NCBI GenBank assembly: GCA_944384855.1
Contig: CALWUY010000041.1
Location: 1,786 to 65,785, forward strand
DNA from: an uncultured Clostridia bacterium
GTDB taxonomy: Bacteria > Bacillota > Clostridia > Oscillospirales > Acutalibacteraceae
Reading direction: 5' to 3'
Length of the DNA stretch: 64,000 nt
This document shows positions 38,259 through 46,217 of the stretch, one piece after another. The first letter of the stretch is position 1, and the number at the start of each line of letters is the position of its first letter. Under the pieces are notes generated by a model, which worked only from the letters and a program-made list of their open reading frames with translations, had not been told where the DNA came from and did no database searches. The translations under genes were made by a program, and so were the position numbers.

Positions 38259-38508
38259 TTTCTTTCATAGTACGTACAAAAATATCAATATCGCTTAATG
38301 CCAGAACCGTAGAAATTTCAAAATTATCAATAAGCGCACCCAACATTTCTGTTTTCGTAACATCCTTTTCTTTAAGTAAGTTCCATAGAAATACCGCAGT
38401 TTCAGTAAGTGTTATTGCGTTTGCCGGTCCGTCTGAAGATTTATTCCTGCATTCCACAACATACACGCCTGAGCGGTTTATTAATTCAAAACCGTCTTTT
38501 ATCTTCAA
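38242..38508 (-). CDS. PqqD family protein (stand-alone RiPP-recognition-element-like domain)
   Basis: 88 aa. ...LTETAVFLWNLLKEKDVTKTEMLGALIDNFEIS...DIDIFVRTMKENGIIE matches the PqqD winged-helix pattern. The TTG start follows AGAGGTG. Confidence 0.7.
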   Translation of the reverse strand: MKIKDGFELINRSGVYVVECRNKSSDGPANAITLTETAVFLWNLLKEKDVTKTEMLGALIDNFEISTVLALSDIDIFVRTMKENGIIE

Positions 38509-38543
38509 TTCTGCACCTCTTTTATTAACAAAATTTTAATTTT

Positions 38544-38596
38544 ATTATATACCAAAGTAAATTATATTGCAAGTTAAATAGGTTATGGTGTATAAT
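38544..38596. promoter_or_regulatory. back-to-back divergent promoters sharing one palindromic -35 hexamer
   Basis: TTGCAA at 38567-38572 reads the same on both strands. Plus strand: 18-nt spacer, then TATAAT (38591-38596). Minus strand: 17-nt spacer, then TATAAT (38549-38544). Confidence 0.55.
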
Positions 38597-38637
38597 GAAT
38601 TCAATATATAATATTATTTTTATTTAGGAGATATGAC

Positions 38638-39153
38638 ATGGATACTTTTTTTGAACAAATTGTAAGAATTAAAAAGACCGGAAAAGCTGTTGCTGCAATA
38701 TTAGGCATATGGATTTTAGCGTTGTTTTTATGCGCGGCATTGATTTTATTCCCGGTACTGAGGGCGCTTACTTTAATTATTATCTGCGGCATTTTCTTCG
38801 GAGCCTACAAACTCTCTTCCCTTTTCAACATTGAATATGAGTATATTATTACCAACGGCACATTAGATATTGATAAAATAATCAATAAAAGCTCGCGCAA
38901 ACGTATACTTTCATTTGAACTGACGAATGTTTCAAGAATAGACAAATTCAATGCCGGTATGCTGAATTCAATGAATCAGAAAGAAATCACCTTTGCCTGC
39001 AATCCGGATGACCCGAACGCATATCTTATGGTGGCCGAACGCGAAGGCAAACCGTCTGTATATCTTGTGTTTTCACCTGAAGAAAGACTCAAAGGCGCTA
39101 TCGTGAAATTTGTTCCGAAATATATTTCCAACAGTGCCTTCAAAGAAAATTGA
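38638..39153 (+). CDS. hypothetical membrane protein (two TM helices plus a soluble C-domain)
   Basis: 171-aa ORF with AGGAG upstream. I cannot assign a family with confidence. Confidence 0.55.
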   Translation: MDTFFEQIVRIKKTGKAVAAILGIWILALFLCAALILFPVLRALTLIIICGIFFGAYKLSSLFNIEYEYIITNGTLDIDKIINKSSRKRILSFELTNVSRIDKFNAGMLNSMNQKEITFACNPDDPNAYLMVAEREGKPSVYLVFSPEERLKGAIVKFVPKYISNSAFKEN

Positions 39154-40619
39154 ACGAAAGAAGTGTCACTGCAATGGTATTGGATAAGGCTTTAATTAAA
39201 AAGTCTGAGGAAAGTGCTGTTGAAAGCGGCGCTTTTTCTTTCAGAGAATTAATGTACCGCGCGGGATGCGCGGCTGCCGATGCTGTGACTAAAAAATACG
39301 GCTGCCAGGGCAAAAAGATAGCGGTAATGTGCGGAAACGGCAACAACGGCGGAGACGGATTTGTCGCCGCGGGAAAATTTTACGAAAACGGGGCGGATGT
39401 CACCTTAATCCTTCCCTTAGGCGCTCCTAAAACCGAAGACGCGGTATATTTTTTCGGGAAATTAAACAATATCAAAATCGCCGACGGACTGACTGACAGC
39501 TATGATATTATTGTAGATGCTGTTTTCGGTATAGGTCTTAACAGAAAAATGAGCGATGAAATCAATCTGCTTTTAGGGAAAGCGAACACTTTGAAAGCAA
39601 AGCGGATAGCTATTGATGTGCCCTCAGGCGTTGAAACCGACAGCGGCCAAATTTTGGGGACTGTTTTCGATGCCGACCTTACCGTAACATTTATAGCGCT
39701 TAAACCGTGTCTGCTGCTGCCGCCGGCATCAGATTACTGCGGAGAAACAGTAGTTGCGGACATCGGTGTAAAACCGGTTAACCGTAAATATTCAGTTATA
39801 AAGTCTCCCGTATTTCCAAAGCGCCGGCGCAACTCGCATAAAGGCACCTACGGCACGGCGCTGCTTTTTTGCGGAAGTTACGGCATGGCAGGAGCGGCGA
39901 TCATGTCATGCAAAGCCGCGCTTAGAAGCGGAACGGGAATCGCAAAATGCGTAATATGCGACGGTATATATCAGGCGTTCACCTGCTCTGTGCCTGAAGC
40001 CGTATGCATACCCGTAAAGCAAGATTTGAACGGCATGTTCGATCCTGATGATATTGATTTGAATTCTGTATTTGAAAAGGCTTCTGCCGTACTTTTCGGA
40101 TGCGGTACGGGAGCAGGAAACAGCACTCTTGAACTGCTTGACCGTATAATTGACTCAAGTAAAATTCCGATTCTTTTGGATGCAGACGGCATAAATTTAC
40201 TGGCTTCAAACATAGATATATTAAGGAAAAGCAAAGCTCCTGTAATAATCACCCCGCATCCTGCTGAAATGGGCCGTCTGTGCGGAAAAAGCACTGCAGA
40301 AATTGAAGCCGACCGAGTTGCTGCGGCAGGTGAATTCGCAGTCAAATACGGCTGTACGGTAGTCCTTAAGGGCGGCAATACGATTGTGGCTTCAAAAGAC
40401 GGTGAAATCAGTTTTAATATACTGGGCAATCCCGGTATGGCCAAAGGCGGCTGCGGAGATGTCTTAAGCGGCATAATCGTTTCACTTTTGGCTCAGGGAT
40501 TTTCTGCCAAACAGGCGGCAGAAGGCGGCGTTTATCTGCATTCTCTGGCCGGAGATAAAGCAGCCTTAAAGAAAGGTCAGCGTGCGGTACTGCCGTCTGA
40601 TATTATAGAAGAGCTTTAA
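39150..40619 (+). CDS. nnr: bifunctional NAD(P)H-hydrate repair enzyme (epimerase / ADP-dependent dehydratase)
   Basis: The YjeF N-domain motif GNNGGDGFV and the C-domain motifs HKGTYG and GGCGDVLSG. Confidence 0.88.
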   Translation: MNERSVTAMVLDKALIKKSEESAVESGAFSFRELMYRAGCAAADAVTKKYGCQGKKIAVMCGNGNNGGDGFVAAGKFYENGADVTLILPLGAPKTEDAVYFFGKLNNIKIADGLTDSYDIIVDAVFGIGLNRKMSDEINLLLGKANTLKAKRIAIDVPSGVETDSGQILGTVFDADLTVTFIALKPCLLLPPASDYCGETVVADIGVKPVNRKYSVIKSPVFPKRRRNSHKGTYGTALLFCGSYGMAGAAIMSCKAALRSGTGIAKCVICDGIYQAFTCSVPEAVCIPVKQDLNGMFDPDDIDLNSVFEKASAVLFGCGTGAGNSTLELLDRIIDSSKIPILLDADGINLLASNIDILRKSKAPVIITPHPAEMGRLCGKSTAEIEADRVAAAGEFAVKYGCTVVLKGGNTIVASKDGEISFNILGNPGMAKGGCGDVLSGIIVSLLAQGFSAKQAAEGGVYLHSLAGDKAALKKGQRAVLPSDIIEEL

Positions 40620-40646
40620 TCATGCTTTCGGAAAGTTGCCTTTTTT

Positions 40647-41156
40647 GTGAGAAAAACATTTTGTTTAATTATATTACTGCTTGTATTTACGCTGTGCGGA
40701 TGTAATAAAAAAAGTTCGCAGACTGTCGCTGTTTCTCAAGGGCTGTCATTCACGGCAGAAATAAGCTATGCCTCACAAAAATATAAGTTCAGGGTTCAAA
40801 TTCCCGATATACAGGATACAACTATTGAAACGGTATATCCGGAAAGACTAAAAGGTACTTTTTACAAATTTTCAGGCTCTGAGGTTAATGTGTCATGTAA
40901 AGAGCTTAACTATAAAATAAATATTTCCGATCTTCCTAAAGTTTCACCAATAACCTTCATTTATGAAATTTACAGTGATATTAATGCAAACGATTACGAA
41001 GTAAGTTTTGAAAACGACGAGTTTTATATTTCCGGAGAGAGCGAAAATTACAGCTATAATCTGTTCTTAGGCAGAACCGGGCTGCCGATTAAAATCGAAG
41101 ATAATGAAAATAATATCAGCGCCGTTATCACAGAAGCAACCATTATAAACAATTAA
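40647..41156 (+). CDS. hypothetical lipoprotein
   Basis: Signal peptide with a lipobox (LVFTLCGC). Confidence 0.6.
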   Translation: MRKTFCLIILLLVFTLCGCNKKSSQTVAVSQGLSFTAEISYASQKYKFRVQIPDIQDTTIETVYPERLKGTFYKFSGSEVNVSCKELNYKINISDLPKVSPITFIYEIYSDINANDYEVSFENDEFYISGESENYSYNLFLGRTGLPIKIEDNENNISAVITEATIINN

Positions 41157-41195
41157 CAGACACTTTGATTCACGCTTAATCTGACAGAAAGAAAT

Positions 41196-41229
41196 AAAAA
41201 ACTGCCGGACCGAAATCCGACAGTTTTTT
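41196..41229. terminator. bidirectional intrinsic terminator
   Basis: aaaaaactgccgga-ccgaaa-tccgacagtttttt, with one mismatch. Confidence 0.7.
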
Positions 41230-41256
41230 GCTTTTCACTGATTGCAAAATTAATGA

Positions 41257-41409
41257 TTATTCTTCTGAATACTCGTCAGAAGTATCACACTCAAGATAAT
41301 CTCCCTTAATACGGTTTTTATTGAAAACACGGTCAACAATTACAAGAGTGCCGATAGCTGCGCCGAAAAGCGCTAATAACGCAATCAAAGCTTTTACAAA
41401 ATTGCTCAT
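41257..41409 (-). CDS. small (50 aa) single-TM protein, absent from the ORF track
   Basis: AAAGGAG lies 7 nt upstream of the ATG. The product is MSNFVKALIALLALFGAAIGTLVIVDRVFNKNRIKGDYLECDTSDEYSEE, with a hydrophobic helix and an acidic tail. A terminator follows. Confidence 0.55.
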   Translation of the reverse strand: MSNFVKALIALLALFGAAIGTLVIVDRVFNKNRIKGDYLECDTSDEYSEE

Positions 41410-41524
41410 AAAATTACTCCTTTCAAATCAAAGACTATGATCTTTGATTTTATTATATCAACTTAAAAAGAAAATGTCAATACGCGTTATGGGTTATCTG
41501 CTGCGGTAAAAGCTAAAAAAACAG

Positions 41525-41553
41525 TTGCAAATACGGCAGAATTGCCATATAAT
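41525..41553 (+). promoter_or_regulatory. sigma-A promoter of cysK
   Basis: TTGCAA (41525-41530), 17-nt spacer, TATAAT (41548-41553). Confidence 0.7.
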
Positions 41554-41583
41554 GTATTAATCACAGTTTTGAAAGGTAAATTT

Positions 41584-42510
41584 ATGATTTGTAATTCTAT
41601 TTTAGACGCAGTCGGACATACTCCCATTATACGGCTTCACAATTTGGTCAGCGAAGATTCGGCGGAAATACTGGTAAAATTTGAAGGTCTCAATGTAGGA
41701 GGTTCCATAAAAACTCGTACTGCGCTGAATATGATACTTGACGCTCAAAAAAAGGGTATCATACATAAGGATACCGTTATTGTAGAACCTACCAGCGGAA
41801 ATCAAGGTATAGGTCTTGCGTTGGTAGGCGCGGTTAAAGGGATTAAAGTAAAAATAATTATGCCAGATTCCGTCAGCGAAGAACGCCGTAAGCTGGTAGA
41901 GCATTACGGTGCCGAAGTGATTCTGGTGCACGACGACGGAAATATAGGACTTTGTATTGAAGAATGCCTTAATTTAGCCCTTAAAATGAAAAGTGAAGAT
42001 AAAAACGTATTTGTACCTCAGCAGTTTGAAAATCCCGCAAATCCCCAGATTCAGCGCACGGGTACCGGCGCAGAAATACTGGCTCAGGTAAATGACCGCA
42101 TTGACGGTTTTTGCTCCGGTATAGGAACAGGCGGCACAATTACAGGTATAGGTGAAACTCTCAAAGAGAAAAATCCTGATATCGAAATCTGGGCGGTGGA
42201 ACCTGAAAATGCCGCAATTCTTTCAGGCGGCTCTATAGGCACACACCTGCAAATGGGCATAGGAGACGGAATAATACCTCAAATACTCAACACGGAAATT
42301 TATGATGAAGTATGCATTATCAATGATCATGAAGCCATACAGACGGCAAAGGACCTTGCCAGCAAAGAAGGTATAATGTGCGGCATAAGCAGCGGTACAA
42401 ATGTTGCCGCCGCCGTTAAGCTTGCAAAAAAATTAGGTAAAGGCAAGCGTGTAGTAACTGTACTTCCCGATACGGCTGAAAGATATTTTTCAACGCCGCT
42501 GTTTAAATAA
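41584..42510 (+). CDS. cysK: cysteine synthase A / O-acetylserine sulfhydrylase family (PLP)
   Basis: GGSIKTRTA (PLP lysine region), PTSGNQGIGLA, GIGTGGTITG and ISSGTN. The ATG at 41584 is preferred; the track start is 41542. Confidence 0.88.
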   Translation: MICNSILDAVGHTPIIRLHNLVSEDSAEILVKFEGLNVGGSIKTRTALNMILDAQKKGIIHKDTVIVEPTSGNQGIGLALVGAVKGIKVKIIMPDSVSEERRKLVEHYGAEVILVHDDGNIGLCIEECLNLALKMKSEDKNVFVPQQFENPANPQIQRTGTGAEILAQVNDRIDGFCSGIGTGGTITGIGETLKEKNPDIEIWAVEPENAAILSGGSIGTHLQMGIGDGIIPQILNTEIYDEVCIINDHEAIQTAKDLASKEGIMCGISSGTNVAAAVKLAKKLGKGKRVVTVLPDTAERYFSTPLFK

Positions 42511-42597
42511 TCTATATTGTTTTAATATATTGAAAAACCGCTTCACCTCACACGGCTTGCCATAAAGCCTTCTTTATGTGAAGCGGCAGCCGGAAAA

Positions 42598-42632
42598 GGG
42601 CGGACAGTTCAGGCTGTCCGCCCTGTCTTTTT
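42598..42632 (+). terminator. intrinsic terminator after cysK
   Basis: gggcggacag-ttcagg-ctgtccgccc, followed by tgtcttttt. Confidence 0.85.
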
Positions 42633-42843
42633 GTCTATCCGGTTGAATGCTCTGCCAAAAATGCAACAATTTTTTTGCACTGACAGAACAATTTACCGTA
42701 CAGTTATATTGTTTTAGAATAATATCTGCAAGTTTTAAAACAAGTCTTTTAAGCGACAACCGTTAGTTTTAACATTATGTCGCGGCACAGATGTATTTTT
42801 CCCATTTACCTGCGAACAATAAACAGCGGCAGGTGTTTTAAAA

Positions 42844-42960
42844 ATGGAAATAATAAAGGTTTTTCTTACGGCGCTGCTATCGGTAGCATCATTATTTATC
42901 ATCACGAAGCTGATGGGACACAAGCAGGTAGCTCAACTTGATTTCTTTGACAATGAGTAA
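42844..42960 (+). pseudogene. 38-codon N-terminal remnant of a DUF421 (YetF-like) membrane protein gene
   Basis: MEIIKVFLTALLSVASLFIITKLMGHKQVAQLDFFDNE* matches the conserved N-terminus (..KLxGK+QxxQLxxFD..) of proteins that are about 200 aa long. It stops right after that motif. Confidence 0.55.
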
Positions 42961-43006
42961 TAAATGCATATACTGATACAGAAACCACAGCAGGAGGTAT
43001 CAGTAT

Positions 43007-43396
43007 ATGAGAAATTGCCATCGGGGCAATCACCCTGAAATCCGCGATTACGGTTCTGGACCGTTTGTCTTTAATATCAATCATGCGGCAAATATGAATC
43101 AGAACTTCCGGACAACTCTTTGGACAGGACGGGATATGCAGCTGACATTAATGAACATTCCGGTAAAAAGTGACATAGGTACCGAAATGCACGCCAATGT
43201 TGATCAGTTTATCCGTATCGAAAACGGACGCGCGAAGGTATATATGGGAAACTGTGAAAATACTTTGCGAGAAGTACAAACTGTCAACGGAAACTACGCT
43301 GTCATCGTTCCCATTACGCAGAAACGGCGGCATCATGAACCGGATCATCGCAAAAACAACATTGAAATTTCACATTTACTTTTTTCCGGAAATTAG
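43007..43396 (+). CDS. cupin domain protein, with a probably frameshifted or decayed C-terminus
   Basis: PFVFNINHAANMNQNFRTTLWTGRDMQLTLMNIP...HANVDQFIRIENGRAKV is a typical small cupin. After ...YAVIVP the frame gives basic junk, while a neighbouring frame gives ..GIMNRIIAKTTLKFHIYFFPE, which resembles the expected G.WHN..N.G...LKLYSIYAPPEH. Confidence 0.6.
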   Translation: MRNCHRGNHPEIRDYGSGPFVFNINHAANMNQNFRTTLWTGRDMQLTLMNIPVKSDIGTEMHANVDQFIRIENGRAKVYMGNCENTLREVQTVNGNYAVIVPITQKRRHHEPDHRKNNIEISHLLFSGN

Positions 43397-43441
43397 AGGA
43401 TTACGGTAAATATTTACCTTTATACTGTCGCTCTAATATAA

Positions 43442-43477
43442 AAAGGACAGTATAGTTTTTATGCCATACTGTCCTTT
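43442..43477 (-). terminator. intrinsic terminator after the dockerin protein gene
   Basis: aaaggacagtat-(12-nt loop)-atactgtccttt, followed on the minus strand by ttttatatt. Confidence 0.75.
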
Positions 43478-43592
43478 ATCAGCACTCGTCAATCGGCTGA
43501 TCTCACCGGATATTCAAAACATCCTTATGATAAGTCCGCCTTCTGCAAAGCAGTTTTATTGGTTTTATCCCTTAATCCTGATTTATATTATA

Positions 43593-46190
43593 TCAGAATG
43601 ATTCGAAGAGCAGTTTTCTAAGTGCTGTGAAGTCAAGTGCATTAAGCACGCCGTCAACCGCTTCGCCGGCCTCAGCAGCGTTTGCAAACCACTTGCCTTC
43701 GTTTCCTGCAAGAAGCTCTTTCTTTACATGGATAAGGTCAAGAATATTAACCGCATTATCTACATTGTAGTCGCCTGCTACGATATCGAAAGCCTGTGAT
43801 ACAGATGTTGCCGCGAGACTCTCAACACCGAATGTAACATCATAGGTGGTAGCCGGAACACCGCTGAAGAATATGTAGTAAACAGCTGCAGGATCGAACC
43901 ACTCGTTAGCAGTAAGTTCAGCCACTGGGATCTTAACCTGATTCCAGCCGAAGCTCAGATTTTCTAATGTATAGTAAGCGCTTGCTTGATCAAAAATATC
44001 GGGCATTTCAACGGGAGTTGCATTAAGATAGAATGTAAGGCTGCACTTAGCGGTTACATAGAGGTTCATTTCAATATAATCTATATCGGTCAAATCCATA
44101 GGTGTGGGAAGAAGTATCGGCTCAGTCGCATTCTGAACGTTGCCGGCAGCAGGTATCTTAACATTTTCATAACCGTTGAATCTGCTGATTACCTTTCCGG
44201 TATAAACCATATCGGCTTTTTCGGATTCCTGTACGGTAAGAGCAAAGTTGGTGAACGCAAACCGAATTTCAGCCGCGGTATCATTAAGAAGTGTACCGTC
44301 GAAGAAGAATCCTTTGATAGCCGAAACGTCAACGCCTTCCGCCAATTCCAGTTCACTGATCGGAAGCACTACATGATTCCAGCCGATTTCCATTTTAGAT
44401 GTATTTATCAATGCCGATGCCCTGTCGGTTGAAGTCCATGCAATAGCATCATTACCGAATCTGATAGCAATATCATTATCAGCCTTTGCACCGAGATATA
44501 CATCAAATTCTATAAAGTCACCTTTGTTAAAATCTATTGTCTTTGTGAAGTTGGTTTTATCAATATACCATGCGTAGTTTCCTACATAACCGTCGGCATC
44601 CCAGCGCATTTTTCCGCCTTCTACAAATGTTCCGTCGCCGCTGATTTCCGGATGAGTTGTAGCTTCAAAATACTCGCTGCGCGGATAAGGCGAGAATTTG
44701 GTGCAGGCAACATTAGCAACCTTAAAGGTAATTGCGTCACTCGAACTCGGTGTGCCTTCAAAGAAGTAGCCGCTCCATGAAGTGAGATCGGCAATCTTGA
44801 AGCCGCTTCCGGAACCCGCGTAATCATTTATTACATCGATTACAACATGATGCCAGCCCGCAGTTTCAAGCTTCGGGAAGGTCCAGAATCCGCGTACCGC
44901 AGCTTTGTCTGTATGTGTATGGAACAGTATGCTGCTTTCCATAGGAGCAGAAACATAAACATCCATCTCAATATAATCAACATCGGTCATGTCAACAGGG
45001 TCAAACTGATTCCATAACTGATATTTATCATACATATTTGAACCTGCAGGAACAGTATTACCGCCAACTGAATTAACAGGTGCTATACCGTCAACAGCCA
45101 TATCAACTAAGAAGTGTTCATTGTTCATATCCGGATAACTCTTTGTAACGCCGAAGTTTGCTATTCCCACAGTAAGCTCAACGCCGGGGGCGTTAGGATC
45201 GCCTTCAAGGAAGAGTGAAGTGAGATTTTCCTTACGGAATGTACCTTCAGTGATTGCAACCTTTGTTAAATCAACAACCACGTGATTCCACTGTCCCGGA
45301 GTGAGTGTGCTAAGAGTAACATTGTATCTCGCACGACCGGTTTCTTCAGTTGCATAATCGAAATCATTACACAGCCAGATTCCCATATCCTGCATCTCTG
45401 CGGAAATCCAGATATCAAACTCAAGGAATTCGGCAGATGTAGTATCCATTGCGTCCGCCAGACCCATGAACAGGCGCGCGTCTGCTCCGTAAATCGGATC
45501 TACATATATATTTGTTACGTCACCTTGCCAATATTTTTCAAATACTGAGTTATCATAATCTATAGCAATATTTTCATAGGTTTCGCCGGCTACAGGAGCT
45601 TCAGGAACCTCAGCAGGTCCTACAGGTTCCGGATCAGGACCAGGATCAGGTTCACCAGCGGACTCATCATTCGTGAAAGCAAGGTTTGCCATAGCGAATT
45701 CTACAGAATTTACATCAGAATCAACAGGCTGCACATTGGTGTTGTACACATAGAACGCGTTAAGCGCAGAAGTATCGTATGGGGCTTCCGGAGTTTCCAA
45801 ATTGCCTTGGTCATTTCCTATAACTGACATAGGAATACAAATGTGATTCCAGCCTGCATTCAAGGCGGGAAGTTTTGTACCTTTGCGTCCGGGACCATCG
45901 CCGCTGCCGCTGGTAACAATAAGCGTAGTTTCCGGCATCGCCGTGCTTGCATACATATCAAATTCAAGATATTCCGCCTCAGATACATCGATAGTACCGG
46001 ATTCGTTATCTGTCGGGAATTCATAATAGAATACACCGCCCCAGCTCATGCTCCAATCCATGGTACTCTGACCTTTTGTATATGTGCGGCTGATAAATTT
46101 ACCATTTTGCTCATATACGGTATTGGTATGGGTATTATCCATCAGCGGAGTTTCTCTTGTGAAGGCAAGATTTGCCATCTTCAGATTCAC
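43593..46190 (-). CDS. C-terminal 865-codon part of a repeat-module protein ending in a dockerin. It has no signal peptide of its own and continues ORF 46218..47195 in frame.
   Basis: Five to six modules of about 145 aa carry the recurring motifs YLEFD.Y.S and GWNHV. A Pro-rich linker is present. The C-terminal dockerin-like duplicated segment is GDYNVDNAVNILDLIHVKKELL / DGVLNALDFTALRKLLF. Confidence 0.75.
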   Translation of the reverse strand: MNLKMANLAFTRETPLMDNTHTNTVYEQNGKFISRTYTKGQSTMDWSMSWGGVFYYEFPTDNESGTIDVSEAEYLEFDMYASTAMPETTLIVTSGSGDGPGRKGTKLPALNAGWNHICIPMSVIGNDQGNLETPEAPYDTSALNAFYVYNTNVQPVDSDVNSVEFAMANLAFTNDESAGEPDPGPDPEPVGPAEVPEAPVAGETYENIAIDYDNSVFEKYWQGDVTNIYVDPIYGADARLFMGLADAMDTTSAEFLEFDIWISAEMQDMGIWLCNDFDYATEETGRARYNVTLSTLTPGQWNHVVVDLTKVAITEGTFRKENLTSLFLEGDPNAPGVELTVGIANFGVTKSYPDMNNEHFLVDMAVDGIAPVNSVGGNTVPAGSNMYDKYQLWNQFDPVDMTDVDYIEMDVYVSAPMESSILFHTHTDKAAVRGFWTFPKLETAGWHHVVIDVINDYAGSGSGFKIADLTSWSGYFFEGTPSSSDAITFKVANVACTKFSPYPRSEYFEATTHPEISGDGTFVEGGKMRWDADGYVGNYAWYIDKTNFTKTIDFNKGDFIEFDVYLGAKADNDIAIRFGNDAIAWTSTDRASALINTSKMEIGWNHVVLPISELELAEGVDVSAIKGFFFDGTLLNDTAAEIRFAFTNFALTVQESEKADMVYTGKVISRFNGYENVKIPAAGNVQNATEPILLPTPMDLTDIDYIEMNLYVTAKCSLTFYLNATPVEMPDIFDQASAYYTLENLSFGWNQVKIPVAELTANEWFDPAAVYYIFFSGVPATTYDVTFGVESLAATSVSQAFDIVAGDYNVDNAVNILDLIHVKKELLAGNEGKWFANAAEAGEAVDGVLNALDFTALRKLLFESF

Positions 46191-46217
46191 GGTTTCCGCA
46201 GTATCAGGTGTCGTAAG

